Of a DNA stretch of 34,093 nucleotides, positions 16,837-27,025 are shown one piece after another. The number at the start of each line of letters is the position of its first letter. The stretch's first letter is position 1. A program made the translations under genes and the position numbers. The notes beneath the pieces were generated by a model. That model saw only the letters and a list, made by a program, of their open reading frames with translations, was not told the DNA's origin and made no database searches. The stretch comes from Chloroflexota bacterium (GTDB lineage: Bacteria; Chloroflexota; Dehalococcoidia; GIF9; AB-539-J10), in NCBI GenBank assembly GCA_048621695.1, contig JBMCVZ010000002.1, positions 1 through 34,093 on the forward strand, written 5' to 3'.

Positions 16837-17270
16837 ACCACCTTTGTGCCAAAAGTGCTAACTTCAGGAAACGCATCCAAAAATAAATCTGTATGCAAGC
16901 TTAGTTACTAGAGCTTGTTACGTTTGAGAAGGGTAACAAGTTGCTCGAAATTTCCCTCTCTACTCCGCGGGCTGTAGGTAGGTTTAGCCGTATGGCAAAA
17001 TTTACCTCCAAAGGTAAAGGATTAGGCTTTACTCATATAGAAGCAAATGCCTCAATTTCTCCACTGATGCTTGGCGAAGTTATAGAGACCGCAGTCCCTA
17101 TTTCAAGCATTCATTCTCATTGCCCGGCAGTAATGTCATCCAAAGGAATTCCAATAAGTAACCTTTCCTTAAGTTCTCTGGATAAGAATAGGCGAATGAA
17201 AGCCGCTGGCTTCACCAGGAAAACGATAGGCATTCACTAGAAAGAAATAGTAAACTAGTTAGAAGCCTGA

Positions 17271-17864
17271 ATGAATTTAGCAGATATTCGACGGAATTTA
17301 GCCCATAGTATTACCGATCCCATAGTCGGGATTTTGAGTAAAAGCGGGATAACGCCCAATGCCCTTACCATTATAAACCTGGCTCTGAATATAGCTGCGG
17401 CCTTTATTATAGCTACGGGGAATTTTCTTCTTGGCGGTATTTTAGTCCTGGTTGCAGGCCTATTTGACATCCTTGACGGAGCCTTAGCTCGGTTCATCAA
17501 GCAAACTACCAGGTTTGGCGCTATTCTGGATTCAGTAGCCGACCGCATTTCTGAGGCAGCAATACTCTGTGGTCTCCTGATTTGGTATATACCGCAAGAA
17601 GGCACCGGCTTAGAAATTGTGCTTATTTTTATTGTTTTAATTGGTTCCTTCCTAGTTAGCTATATAAGGGCCAGGGCGGAAGGACTCGGCTGGCAATGTC
17701 AGGTTGGCTTGTTTACCAGAGCAGAACGGGTTATAGTATTAGCAATAGGTCTACTGATAAATCAGATTTTTATTGTTTTATGTGTGCTGGTGGTCTTTGT
17801 CTTTTTCACTGTAGTTCAAAGGTTAATTCACCTATGGAAGCAATCAAAAATTGAAGGTGATTAA
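17271..17864 (+). CDS. CDP-alcohol phosphatidyltransferase family protein
   Basis: DILDGALARFIKQTTRFGAILDSVADR matches D-G-x2-A-R-x8-G-x3-D-x3-D. The protein has several hydrophobic helices. Its stop abuts the purA start. Confidence 0.85.
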   Translation: MNLADIRRNLAHSITDPIVGILSKSGITPNALTIINLALNIAAAFIIATGNFLLGGILVLVAGLFDILDGALARFIKQTTRFGAILDSVADRISEAAILCGLLIWYIPQEGTGLEIVLIFIVLIGSFLVSYIRARAEGLGWQCQVGLFTRAERVIVLAIGLLINQIFIVLCVLVVFVFFTVVQRLIHLWKQSKIEGD

Positions 17865-19154
17865 ATGGCTGTTATAGTTATTGTGGGAGGGCAATGGGGT
17901 GACGAAGGTAAAGGAAAGATAATTGACCTCTTAGCCGAGAAGGCGAACGTGGTAGCTCGTTTCTCGGGCGGAGATAATGCTGGCCACACTGTGATCAATC
18001 CCTATGGCGAGTTCCAGCTGCATCTTATCCCTTCAGGTATTTTCTATCCCCAGGTTACTTGCGTTATTGGGAATGGCGTAGCTATTAACCCACCAGTGCT
18101 TCTTGAAGAAATAGACGACCTGCACAATCATGGTGTAGATACAAGCCGCCTTTTTATTAGTGAACGTGCTCACTTGATCATGCCCTATCATACTCTCCTC
18201 GACGCACTGGAGGAAGAAAGGCGTAGCAAAGGGGCCATCGGTACTACGCGTAGAGGAATTGGCCCTGTTTTTGCCGATAAAGTAGCTCGTTTAGGAATTT
18301 GTGCTGGAGATTTGTTAGATAAGGATACATTTTGGAGCCACTTGAGTGCAGCTCTTGAGTTTAAGAATATTATCTTAACAAAGGTATATCAGGTCTCACC
18401 GCTATCGTTGGAAGAAATTTATGCCCAATACTGTAATTATGGGGAGCAGCTAGCTCCTTTTATCCGGGAAACTAGCTCCATAATTCGTGAAGCCGCCGCA
18501 AAAGGAGAATTTGTTTTATTGGAAGGTGCCCAAGGAGCTTTACTTGACCCTGACTTCGGCACCTATCCCTATGTGACCTCTTCCTCCCCATTGGCCGGCG
18601 CGGGATGTATTGGAACAGGCCTGGGTCCAAGGCAAATCGATAGTGTAGTCGGTGTGTTTAAAGCATACAGCACTAGAGTCGGGGCCGGACCCTTGCCCAC
18701 AGAGCTCAACGACGAAATAGGCGACTTTATACGGGAAAGGGCTCAGGAGTATGGTGCTACTACGGGAAGGCCACGGAGATGCGGTTGGTTTGATGCTGTG
18801 GCTGGTCGTTTTAGCGCTCAAATAAATGGCCTTAGTGATATAGCTCTAACTCACCTCGATATCTATGATGGCTTCCCCTCAATTAAAATATGCACCGCCT
18901 ACAAATTTAATGACGATGTGCTAACTTCTTTCCCTAGAGATATAGCCGTATTGGGAAAATGCAAACCTGTTTACGAAGAATTGGATGGTTGGCGAGAATC
19001 AATAAGTGGAATTCGAAATTTCGAAAAGCTTCCAGTTGGAGCTCGCAATTATATGGCTCGGCTTGAAGACTTCCTTTCCTGCCCCATCAGCCTGGTTTCC
19101 GTAGGACCAGATAGGAGGCAAATCATTGAAAGAAATCCAAAATCCGAATTATGA
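17865..19154 (+). CDS. purA: Adenylosuccinate synthetase
   Basis: Contains GGQWGDEGKGK, GTTRRGIGP and TGRPRRCGW. Confidence 0.95.
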   Translation: MAVIVIVGGQWGDEGKGKIIDLLAEKANVVARFSGGDNAGHTVINPYGEFQLHLIPSGIFYPQVTCVIGNGVAINPPVLLEEIDDLHNHGVDTSRLFISERAHLIMPYHTLLDALEEERRSKGAIGTTRRGIGPVFADKVARLGICAGDLLDKDTFWSHLSAALEFKNIILTKVYQVSPLSLEEIYAQYCNYGEQLAPFIRETSSIIREAAAKGEFVLLEGAQGALLDPDFGTYPYVTSSSPLAGAGCIGTGLGPRQIDSVVGVFKAYSTRVGAGPLPTELNDEIGDFIRERAQEYGATTGRPRRCGWFDAVAGRFSAQINGLSDIALTHLDIYDGFPSIKICTAYKFNDDVLTSFPRDIAVLGKCKPVYEELDGWRESISGIRNFEKLPVGARNYMARLEDFLSCPISLVSVGPDRRQIIERNPKSEL

Positions 19155-19258
19155 AATACTAAGAATAGCGAAGCACAAAATAAAAATGGCCGAAAGGTTT
19201 TCGATATTTGAATTTGGATATTTGGATTTTTCAGAGCTCAGAAATTGGGATTTAGAAT

Positions 19259-20170
19259 TTAACCAGGGATAGCCAAATCTATCTTGTAGTTCTTCAGTGT
19301 CGCCTTTATAAGCTCGGCTGATTTCTCATCAGGCTCAACCAGTGGCAAGCGAGGTTTACCCACTGGAAAACCTAAATAATTCAGAGCCCACTTGATAGGC
19401 ACAGGATTGGAAACGGTGAACAGCGTATTTACCAGAGGTAATAAATCTCGATGAATCCTGGCTGATTCGTGAACTTTCCCATCGAGGAACTTGTTCATCA
19501 TGTCTTTTATCTGTGTTCCTACCAGATGAGAGGCGACGCTAATCACGCCATAGCCGCCCAAAGCGAGTATGGGGAGGGTATCACTGTCATTGCCACTGTA
19601 AACTAAGAAATCCTCTTTTGTTCTACGAATAATCTCAGCTATCTGCCCGAGATCGCCACTTGCTTCTTTCACGCCTACGATATTATCAATCTGGCTCAGC
19701 TTGATTACCGTATCAGCAGCGAGGTTAGTAACCGTACGCGATGGCACATTATAGAGGATGCAAGGCAAGGTGGTACTCTGGGCAATAACTTTAAAATGCT
19801 CCCACAAGCCCTGCTGGGTTGGCTTATTATAATAGGGCACAACTAATAGACAAGCATCGACACCAGTTTTTTCGGCTGCTTTTGTTAGTTCCTGGCCTTC
19901 TTTTGTATTGTAGCTGCCTGTGCCAGCAATTACTGTTCCACGGTTACCCAACGCTGATTTCGTTTCGGTAAAAAGCCGTAGCTTCTCTTCCCTACTAAGG
20001 ACGGGAGATTCGCCGGTGGTACCCGAGACCACTACCCCATCACTACCCGAATCTAGTAAAGATAAGGCTAGTTTCCTAGCTAGTTTATAATCGACTTCCC
20101 CCTGAGCATCAAAAGGTGTAACAACGGCTGTTAGTAAGCGACCCAGCTTGTTCTTACCCGACCTATTCAT
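19259..20170 (-). CDS. dapA: 4-hydroxy-tetrahydrodipicolinate synthase
   Basis: Contains VVSGTTGESPVLS and YNVPSRT. Lies in an operon with asd and dapB. Confidence 0.9.
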   Translation of the reverse strand: MNRSGKNKLGRLLTAVVTPFDAQGEVDYKLARKLALSLLDSGSDGVVVSGTTGESPVLSREEKLRLFTETKSALGNRGTVIAGTGSYNTKEGQELTKAAEKTGVDACLLVVPYYNKPTQQGLWEHFKVIAQSTTLPCILYNVPSRTVTNLAADTVIKLSQIDNIVGVKEASGDLGQIAEIIRRTKEDFLVYSGNDSDTLPILALGGYGVISVASHLVGTQIKDMMNKFLDGKVHESARIHRDLLPLVNTLFTVSNPVPIKWALNYLGFPVGKPRLPLVEPDEKSAELIKATLKNYKIDLAIPG

Positions 20171-21209
20171 TTAACCTAGCAAGACTCTTTTTAGGGCTTA
20201 TCCAACCCCTCTCTATCCCCTCCTCTGCAATTTGTACAGCATTTAGCGCCGCCCCTTTACGCAGATTATCAGCCACTATCCACATAACAAGTCCGTTGGG
20301 ATGCGATATATCTTTTCTGATTCGGCCCACAAACACATGGTCTGACCCACTGGCAGCCCAGGGTTGAGGGTAAAAACTGACAGTGGGGTCATCAAGTACC
20401 CTAACTCCAGGAGCTTGGGCCAAAATCTTCCTTGCTTCCTCTGGAGTGATAGGCGAACTGAATTCTATATTAACTGCTTCACTATGCCCAAAGTAAACGG
20501 GAACCCGGACGCAACTAGCCGAAATAGCTATATCCTCAGCATGCAGTATTTTCCGTGTTTCCTCCACCATTTTCTGTTCCTCTTTTGTATATCCATTATC
20601 CAAAAATACATCGATTTCCGGCAGAACATTAAAGGCTATTTGGTGAGAGTAGACGTGAGGGCAAATACGGCGCCCTTCCAAAGCTAGCCGCGACTGATTT
20701 GCCAGTTCTTGCATTGCAGCAACACCACTACTTGATACTGCCTGGTAGGTGCTTACCACAATTCGCTTTATGGGATTGAGTCTGTGCAAAGGATAAAGCG
20801 CTACTACCATTTGAATTGTGGAGCAATTCGGACTGGCAATTATCCCCTTATGCCATTCTATGTCCTCAGGATTGACCTCTGGGACAACCAGAGGCACTGT
20901 GGGGTCCATCCTGAAAGCAGTACTATTATCGATGATCACTGTTCCAGCTTCAGTAGCCCAAGGCGATAACCTCCGACTAATATCATCACCAGCAGAGAAA
21001 AAGGCAATATCAACATGACGAAACGCCTCGGGTTTTGCTTTCCTAACTTCAATTCTCTGACGATTAAAGAGGAGTTTTACTGCTGAAGAATGGTCAGGAA
21101 CTAGTAATTGGATAGAAGCTATAGGGAATTTACACTGTTCAAGTATCTTAACAATTTCTTGTCCCACAATGTCGGTGGCATCAACAATAGCTACGTCGAA
21201 TCCTTCCAT
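20163..21209 (-). CDS. asd: Aspartate-semialdehyde dehydrogenase
   Basis: Carries the active-site segment IASPNCSTIQMV. 348 aa. Overlaps dapA by 8 nt. Confidence 0.9.
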   Translation of the reverse strand: MEGFDVAIVDATDIVGQEIVKILEQCKFPIASIQLLVPDHSSAVKLLFNRQRIEVRKAKPEAFRHVDIAFFSAGDDISRRLSPWATEAGTVIIDNSTAFRMDPTVPLVVPEVNPEDIEWHKGIIASPNCSTIQMVVALYPLHRLNPIKRIVVSTYQAVSSSGVAAMQELANQSRLALEGRRICPHVYSHQIAFNVLPEIDVFLDNGYTKEEQKMVEETRKILHAEDIAISASCVRVPVYFGHSEAVNIEFSSPITPEEARKILAQAPGVRVLDDPTVSFYPQPWAASGSDHVFVGRIRKDISHPNGLVMWIVADNLRKGAALNAVQIAEEGIERGWISPKKSLARLNE

Positions 21210-21217
21210 GACTTTTC

Positions 21218-22024
21218 CTACATCTTCAGCAGGGCATCCAACCCGTAAGTTAGCCCCCTATGTTTTTTCACTTCCTTAATTGCTAGGATCACGCCAGGCA
21301 GGTAACATTCTCGACTAATAGTATTGTGATGCAAGCTCAGAGTTTCACCCGCTCCGCTAAATATAATTTCTTGCCCAGCCATAACTCCCGGCAACCTCAA
21401 GCTATGGATAGCTATGCCATCCATCTGTCCTCCTCTAGCATTGCTGAGTACTTCACGTGTAACTTCAGGATAAACGAATGGTTTACCGTGCGTTTGCAAC
21501 ATTGCTCTGGCTGTAGCTACAGCAGTCCCTGAAGGAGCATCAGCTTTTTTATCATGATGCATTTCGATAATTTCTACATGGTCAAAAAACTTGGCAGCAA
21601 ATTTTGATAGGTGTATAAGAAGAGCTGCCCCCACAGAAAAATTGGGTGCCACTACTACTCCTACCTTGTTACCCTGGCTTAACTTTTCAATTTCTGCCAA
21701 ATTCTCTTCAGAAAGGCCTGAAGTTCCTATAACCATGTTAACTCTTTGTTTAATAGCAGTGCGAGCGGCTGCTATGGATACTTCGGCATTAGTGAAATCT
21801 ACCACCACATCAGCATTGCAGCTCTTCAAAAGCGAATCTAAATCGGAAGAAAATGGTATCAACTCGATAGTCTCAGCTAAAGGAAGGTATTTCTGAGTTA
21901 CTTCCTTCTCTACAGCGCCCACTGCCTTTAACCCGGGCTCACGAACCACGGCTTTAGTTATCTCCTGTCCCATCCTTCCTAAAGCGCCATTAATAACTAC
22001 TCTTATGGGTTCCATGTGATACAC
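21218..22024 (-). CDS. dapB: 4-hydroxy-tetrahydrodipicolinate reductase
   Basis: Contains INGALGRMG and EMHHDKKADAPSGTA. The start may be M4 (22015). Confidence 0.9.
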   Translation of the reverse strand: MYHMEPIRVVINGALGRMGQEITKAVVREPGLKAVGAVEKEVTQKYLPLAETIELIPFSSDLDSLLKSCNADVVVDFTNAEVSIAAARTAIKQRVNMVIGTSGLSEENLAEIEKLSQGNKVGVVVAPNFSVGAALLIHLSKFAAKFFDHVEIIEMHHDKKADAPSGTAVATARAMLQTHGKPFVYPEVTREVLSNARGGQMDGIAIHSLRLPGVMAGQEIIFSGAGETLSLHHNTISRECYLPGVILAIKEVKKHRGLTYGLDALLKM

Positions 22025-22041
22025 TCCAGAGGCGAAGCAAT

Positions 22042-24228
22042 TTATTTCTTGTAATTGCCACGCCGTTCGCCTTTACCATGTGGATGAACAAATTTCTTCC
22101 GAGGATGTTTATGTGCCGCTGAATCCTTAACCTGGGCACCAGGAAGACGGGAAAGTCCTTCAAATACCGCTTTGCGTGATAGATTTATTCTGCCAGCGTT
22201 ATCAATTCCGATGACTTTCACCATTATCTCATCACCCACTTTAACCACATCTTCGACCTGTGGTACATGATAGTTAGCAAGCTCGCTGATATGGACGAGG
22301 CCCTCTTTCCCTGGCAAGATTTCTACCATGGCACCAAAATTGAACAGTCTGGTCACTTTTCCAGTGTAAACCTCTCCCTGCTCCACTTCCCGGGTTAAAT
22401 CCTCTATTATCTTGATTGCCTTCTCGGCTGCCTCTGCGTTCGAAGAGCCAACAATAACTGTACCATCATTCTTTATATCTATAGTTGTCTTGGTTTCATC
22501 TATAATAGACCTTATGACCCTACCCCCAGGACCAATGACGCTCCCAATCTTACCCTGATCGATCGTCATTTCATACATCCTGGGAGCATAGGGACTAAGG
22601 TCAGAGCGACTAGCACTAATGGCTAAACTCATTTTTTCCAGTATTTCCAACCTCGCCTCATGAGCTTGACTTAAGGCTTCAGCCAGGATGGTATAATCTA
22701 TCCCCCGCAGCTTGATATCAAGCTGCAAAGCTGTGAGCCCGCGAGCCGTGCCGGCAACTTTGAAATCCATGTCACCATAGGCATCTTCCATACCAACGAT
22801 GTCAGTTAGAACAACATAGTCCTTATCCTTTCCGGTAACTAAACCCATGGCTATCCCCGCCACAGGCGCCTTGACGGGTACGCCAGCATCCATCAAGGAG
22901 AGGGTCGAGGCACAAGCACTAGCCATAGATGTGCTTCCGTGAGAACTAAGCACTTCGGAAACTAGACGTATTGTATAAGGAAAATCCTCCTCTGACGGCA
23001 ATACTGGTCCAATAGACCGTTCTACCAAAGCTCCATGTCCAATCTCCCGCCTGCCTGTTGTTCCTATTCGTTTCACTTCGCCAGTCGAAAATGGAGGGAA
23101 ATTATAATGATGCATAAAGCGTTTGGTCTCCTCCAAACCTAAGCCGTCCAATAACTGCTCCCGACTGGTAGACCCCAGAGTGGTAATAGTCAACACCTGT
23201 GTTTCCCCACGGGCAAATAGTCCTGAGCCATGGGTGCGAGGAAGAATACCAACTTCACATCTAATAGGACGAATTTCTTTAGTTTGTCGACCGTCTAAGT
23301 GTCGCCTCGTCTGTAATATTTTTCCCCTCACTGCAGCTTTAAGCTGGGTTTCGAAAGCAAAATTGATTTCATCTTCAGAAAAAGACTCAACCAGCTTATC
23401 CCTTGTTTCTTCCTTGAGGGATGTCAAAGCCTTATCCCTTTTTAGTTTCTCCGGTTCATCCAGAACCTGGCTTAATCTCTCATCAATTAGGGAAGCGATT
23501 TGAGATGAAAGCTCAGGGGCAATTTCCTTAGATTTGATTTCTAACTTAGCTTTGCCGTAGATTTGCCTTAGCTCTTCCTGAAGCTCAATGGTCTCCTGGT
23601 TCACTTCGTGTCCCAGCCTAATTGCCTCCAGCAATACTTCTTCGGAAACTTCTCTGGCACCTGCCTCCACCATTACAACGTTTTCTTTACCACTAGCAAC
23701 AATTAAGTCAAACAAGCTATCTTCAATTTGTGGGAGGGGAGGATTCACTACTAAGGCATCATCTATGTAGCCAATATGTGTTGCTGATATAGGACCGAAG
23801 AATGGGATATCAGATGATGTCAGAGCTGCTGAAGCACCAATGAGGGCGCATATATCAGGGTCATTTTCTTGGTCGACAGATAGCACTGTAGCCACAACTT
23901 GAATATCATTATGAAACTCCTTGGAAAGAAGAGGGCGCAGGGAGCGGTCAATGAGCCGGCTGGTTATAATTGCTTCCTCCGTAGGTCGTCCTTCTCGTCT
24001 AATGAAGCTGCCCGGTATTTTACCGGCGGCATAGAGTCTTTCTTCGTAATCCACTGTTAGAGGCACAAAATCGACTCCCTCTCGGGGCTCAGGACTTACA
24101 CAGGCGGTAACCAAAACAACTGTGTTGCCATACTGAACAGCAACAGCACCGCTGGCTTGTTGAGCTAATTTGCCTACCTGGATGCTAAGCACCCTACCAG
24201 CTATTGAACGCTCCAAAATATCAGGCAT
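22042..24228 (-). CDS. pnp: Polyribonucleotide nucleotidyltransferase (PNPase)
   Basis: 728 aa with two RNase PH-like domains, a KH segment ([17 protein letters not shown]) and an S1 segment ([15 protein letters not shown]). Confidence 0.95.
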   Translation of the reverse strand: MPDILERSIAGRVLSIQVGKLAQQASGAVAVQYGNTVVLVTACVSPEPREGVDFVPLTVDYEERLYAAGKIPGSFIRREGRPTEEAIITSRLIDRSLRPLLSKEFHNDIQVVATVLSVDQENDPDICALIGASAALTSSDIPFFGPISATHIGYIDDALVVNPPLPQIEDSLFDLIVASGKENVVMVEAGAREVSEEVLLEAIRLGHEVNQETIELQEELRQIYGKAKLEIKSKEIAPELSSQIASLIDERLSQVLDEPEKLKRDKALTSLKEETRDKLVESFSEDEINFAFETQLKAAVRGKILQTRRHLDGRQTKEIRPIRCEVGILPRTHGSGLFARGETQVLTITTLGSTSREQLLDGLGLEETKRFMHHYNFPPFSTGEVKRIGTTGRREIGHGALVERSIGPVLPSEEDFPYTIRLVSEVLSSHGSTSMASACASTLSLMDAGVPVKAPVAGIAMGLVTGKDKDYVVLTDIVGMEDAYGDMDFKVAGTARGLTALQLDIKLRGIDYTILAEALSQAHEARLEILEKMSLAISASRSDLSPYAPRMYEMTIDQGKIGSVIGPGGRVIRSIIDETKTTIDIKNDGTVIVGSSNAEAAEKAIKIIEDLTREVEQGEVYTGKVTRLFNFGAMVEILPGKEGLVHISELANYHVPQVEDVVKVGDEIMVKVIGIDNAGRINLSRKAVFEGLSRLPGAQVKDSAAHKHPRKKFVHPHGKGERRGNYKK

Positions 24229-24229
24229 A

Positions 24230-24493
24230 CTATTCCTTCAACCCCAACTTTGCAATAAGAGAATGATACCGTTTGGGCGCCGTCCTGTTTAAATAGCCCA
24301 AAAAACGCTTCCGTTTCCCTATCACCCCGTGGAGTGCATGCCGGGAGTGCCGATCTTGGGGATACAACTTAAGGTGCTCTGTTAACCGATTTATCCTTTC
24401 GGTAAGCAAAGCCACCTGGACGTCGACCGATCCACCATCATTTTCCTTAAGCCTAAATTGGCTTATGATTTCCTCTTTTTTTTCCTTGTCCAT
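24230..24493 (-). CDS. rpsO: 30S ribosomal protein S15
   Basis: 87 aa with GSVDVQVALLTERINRLTEHLK...DRHSR. Lies immediately upstream of pnp, as in most bacteria. Confidence 0.9.
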   Translation of the reverse strand: MDKEKKEEIISQFRLKENDGGSVDVQVALLTERINRLTEHLKLYPQDRHSRHALHGVIGKRKRFLGYLNRTAPKRYHSLIAKLGLKE

Positions 24494-24564
24494 TGTTATA
24501 GGCTCCCTAAAATAGTAGTGTCGTATATCATATCACGACAAAAAGATATTGTGAAATTGACCAA

Positions 24565-26019
24565 ATGAGTGGGATACCTTATAATTGCCTGGTAAAGGCA
24601 ACTTTTATGCACGAAAGTTGCGGTGTTTTTGGAGTTTACGCCCCGGGCATAAATGTAGCTCAGACGACCTTTTTCGCCCTCTTTGCTTTACAACATCGTG
24701 GTCAAGAGAGTGCCGGCATCGCTGTCATTGATGACAACGGAATAAAAATACATACCTGTATGGGATTAGTTTCCCAGGCATTTACGGAAACTGACCTCGC
24801 TTTGCTCAAAGGAGATATTAGCATCGGGCATAACCGTTACTCCACTACAGGCTCAAGCAGACCTACGAATGCACAGCCTATTATAGCGAAATCAGATGGG
24901 CTAACCGTTGCGCTGGCACATAACGGCAATATCATCAATGCTAAATTGCTCCGCGATGAACTTCATGAGCGCGGCTATTATTTTAACGCTAGTACTGATT
25001 CTGAAGTCATTGCCAACTTGATTTTGGCGTCACCTGGACAGAACTGGCAGGAAAAAATAGAACACGCCATGAATCGCCTCCAGGGAGCTTATTCACTGGT
25101 GATTTTAACCGAAAATAAACTGATCGGGGTTCGTGATTCCTTCGGCGTTCGTCCGCTATGTCTCGGAACTATTGACACCGGATGGTGCATAGCCTCCGAA
25201 AGTTGTGCCCTAGACCATATAGGTGCTCAATTCATTAGGGAAATCGAACCTGGCGAGATCGTCACCATTGACAGCCAGGGAGTAAAAAGTTTTAAGAAGA
25301 AAAATGGCAAAAAGGCACTATGTATCTTCGAATATATTTACTTTGCCCGCCCGGACAGCATCATCCAAGGCAAATTGCTCTACTCGACAAGAGAAGCTAT
25401 GGGTAGAATACTGGCCAGAGAATATCCTGTTGATGCTGATTTCGTTATGGGTGTTCCTGATTCCGCTACTGCCGCTGGGATTGGCTATTCTAATGCCTCG
25501 GGTATACCGTACTGTGAGGGCCTCTTAAAAAACCGTTATGTAGGACGTACCTTTATTGAGCCTGACCAAAGGATACGGGAGCTCGGCGTCCGACTAAAAT
25601 TCAACCCTCTTTCTCAAATAATTGGTGGGAAAAGATTAGTAGTAGTCGATGACAGTATTGTTCGTGGCACCACTACTCCTCGTGTGGTTAGTCTGCTTAA
25701 GAAAGCAGGTGCTGCCGAGGTCCATCTCCGCATTTGCGCCCCTCCTATCCGCTATCCATGCTTCTTCGGCGTAGATATGGCAACGAGATGGGAACTCATT
25801 GCCGCGAGGAAGACTGTCCCGGAAATCAGAGAGCACCTTGGGGCTGATTCACTTGGATACCTTAGCCTCGATGGCCTAATTCAGGCTGTAGACCTGCCCA
25901 GAGATATTTTCTGCCTTGCTTGTTTTACTGGAGCATATCCCATTCCGGTTCAAATAGAAATGGATAAACTAGCTTTGGAAGTACTGCCTGAGGAGGAACT
26001 CAGTGAAATCCAGTTCTAA
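24565..26019 (+). CDS. purF: Amidophosphoribosyltransferase
   Basis: Carries the N-terminal nucleophile context MHESCGVFGV. ATG 24607 may be the real start, or residues 1-18 may be a propeptide. Also has the VVVDDSIVRGTT PRPP loop and C-terminal Cys ligands. Confidence 0.95.
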   Translation: MSGIPYNCLVKATFMHESCGVFGVYAPGINVAQTTFFALFALQHRGQESAGIAVIDDNGIKIHTCMGLVSQAFTETDLALLKGDISIGHNRYSTTGSSRPTNAQPIIAKSDGLTVALAHNGNIINAKLLRDELHERGYYFNASTDSEVIANLILASPGQNWQEKIEHAMNRLQGAYSLVILTENKLIGVRDSFGVRPLCLGTIDTGWCIASESCALDHIGAQFIREIEPGEIVTIDSQGVKSFKKKNGKKALCIFEYIYFARPDSIIQGKLLYSTREAMGRILAREYPVDADFVMGVPDSATAAGIGYSNASGIPYCEGLLKNRYVGRTFIEPDQRIRELGVRLKFNPLSQIIGGKRLVVVDDSIVRGTTTPRVVSLLKKAGAAEVHLRICAPPIRYPCFFGVDMATRWELIAARKTVPEIREHLGADSLGYLSLDGLIQAVDLPRDIFCLACFTGAYPIPVQIEMDKLALEVLPEEELSEIQF

Positions 26020-27025
26020 GGAAGCTTATGCGCTTTCTGGTGTAGATATTCATCTTGCTAACAAAGTAAAGGGAACGGTTTTCCAGCAAGTTCGAGCTAC
26101 TTTTCGACCCGAAGTCATCGGCTCAGGATTTTTCGGCAGTATGTTCGAGCTCAAAGGATATAACGAGCCCGTTTTAGTCTCCAGCACTGATGGGGTAGGC
26201 ACGAAACTCAAAATAGCCTCGCTTACAGGCAAAAACGATACTGTGGGCATGGACATTGTAAATCACTGCGTGAACGATATCCTTTGTTGCGGTGCTGAGC
26301 CCCTTTTCTTCCTCGACTACATCGCCATGGACAAACTTAAGCCTGAGCAAATAGAAGCCATTATTTTGGGTATAGTCCAGGCCTGCGGGGAAGCTGGTTG
26401 TTCGTTAGTCGGCGGTGAAACCGCTGAAATGCCCGGCATATACTCCCGGGAGACCTATGACCTGGTAGGTTTCATTGTTGGAGTAGTGGAGAAAAGAAAT
26501 ATAATCGATGGTAGTTCTATTGTTCCTGACGACGTAATCCTCGGCTTACCTTCATCTGGCCTACACACCAATGGCTATTCATTAATACGAAGAGTCTTTG
26601 GTATAGATGCTAACCCTTCGTGCTTAAACCAATTCTATCCTGAACTGGGAAAGAGCCTCGGTGAAGAATTGCTCCAGCCCCACCGTTGCTACTATCCACA
26701 AATCAAATCGGCTTTGCCCATGATTAAAGGTATAGCTCACATTACCGGTGGTGGCTTTGCGGGTAATATACCTCGCATCCTACCTCAAGACCTCGCTGCC
26801 CACCTTCATAAGGATTCCTGGGATATACTGCCAATTTTCAAGCTCGTTCAAAAAGAAGGCGATATAGATGAGATGGAGATGTACCAGGTGTTCAACATGG
26901 GGATAGGCTTGACCCTTGTTTGTTCACCGCAGCAGGTAGCCAAGATTGTCAGTATCCTGCCCCAGGCTAAAATTATCGGTGAGATAATCAAAAGAGAAAG
27001 CGAGGAAAGAGTACTAATAAATTGA
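26003..27025 (+). CDS. purM: Phosphoribosylformylglycinamidine cyclo-ligase (AIR synthetase)
   Basis: Contains DGVGTKL, VGGETAEMPG and HITGGG. Confidence 0.95.
   Translation: MKSSSKEAYALSGVDIHLANKVKGTVFQQVRATFRPEVIGSGFFGSMFELKGYNEPVLVSSTDGVGTKLKIASLTGKNDTVGMDIVNHCVNDILCCGAEPLFFLDYIAMDKLKPEQIEAIILGIVQACGEAGCSLVGGETAEMPGIYSRETYDLVGFIVGVVEKRNIIDGSSIVPDDVILGLPSSGLHTNGYSLIRRVFGIDANPSCLNQFYPELGKSLGEELLQPHRCYYPQIKSALPMIKGIAHITGGGFAGNIPRILPQDLAAHLHKDSWDILPIFKLVQKEGDIDEMEMYQVFNMGIGLTLVCSPQQVAKIVSILPQAKIIGEIIKRESEERVLIN

Noticed and set aside
16837-17270. Track ORF 16941..17240 (99 aa), and a minus-strand frame that looked like a decayed gene (MPIVFLVKPAAF...LIGIPLDDITAGQ*).
   Set aside because: The plus ORF is Ser-rich with no recognisable motif or RBS. 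The minus frame has 3 internal stops in about 110 codons, not clearly fewer than chance at this GC content, and no family resemblance. I left the region as unexplained non-coding DNA.
7528-23503. Long antisense or alternate-frame ORFs inside conserved genes (for example 7528..7923, 9085..9609, 13686..14222, 14247..14627, 23123..23503, 28125..28574, 31211..31681).
   Set aside because: Each lies entirely within a strongly supported conserved gene on the other strand or in another frame. They have skewed, motif-free composition typical of shadow ORFs.
24494-24606. A purine riboswitch upstream of purF, a lysine riboswitch for the dap genes, and tRNA genes as integration targets near the att-like repeats.
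   Set aside because: The purF leader is at most 70 nt and shared with the rpsO promoter. dapB starts 17 nt after pnp, leaving no room for a leader. I found no tRNA-like T-arm/acceptor pattern anywhere in the window.
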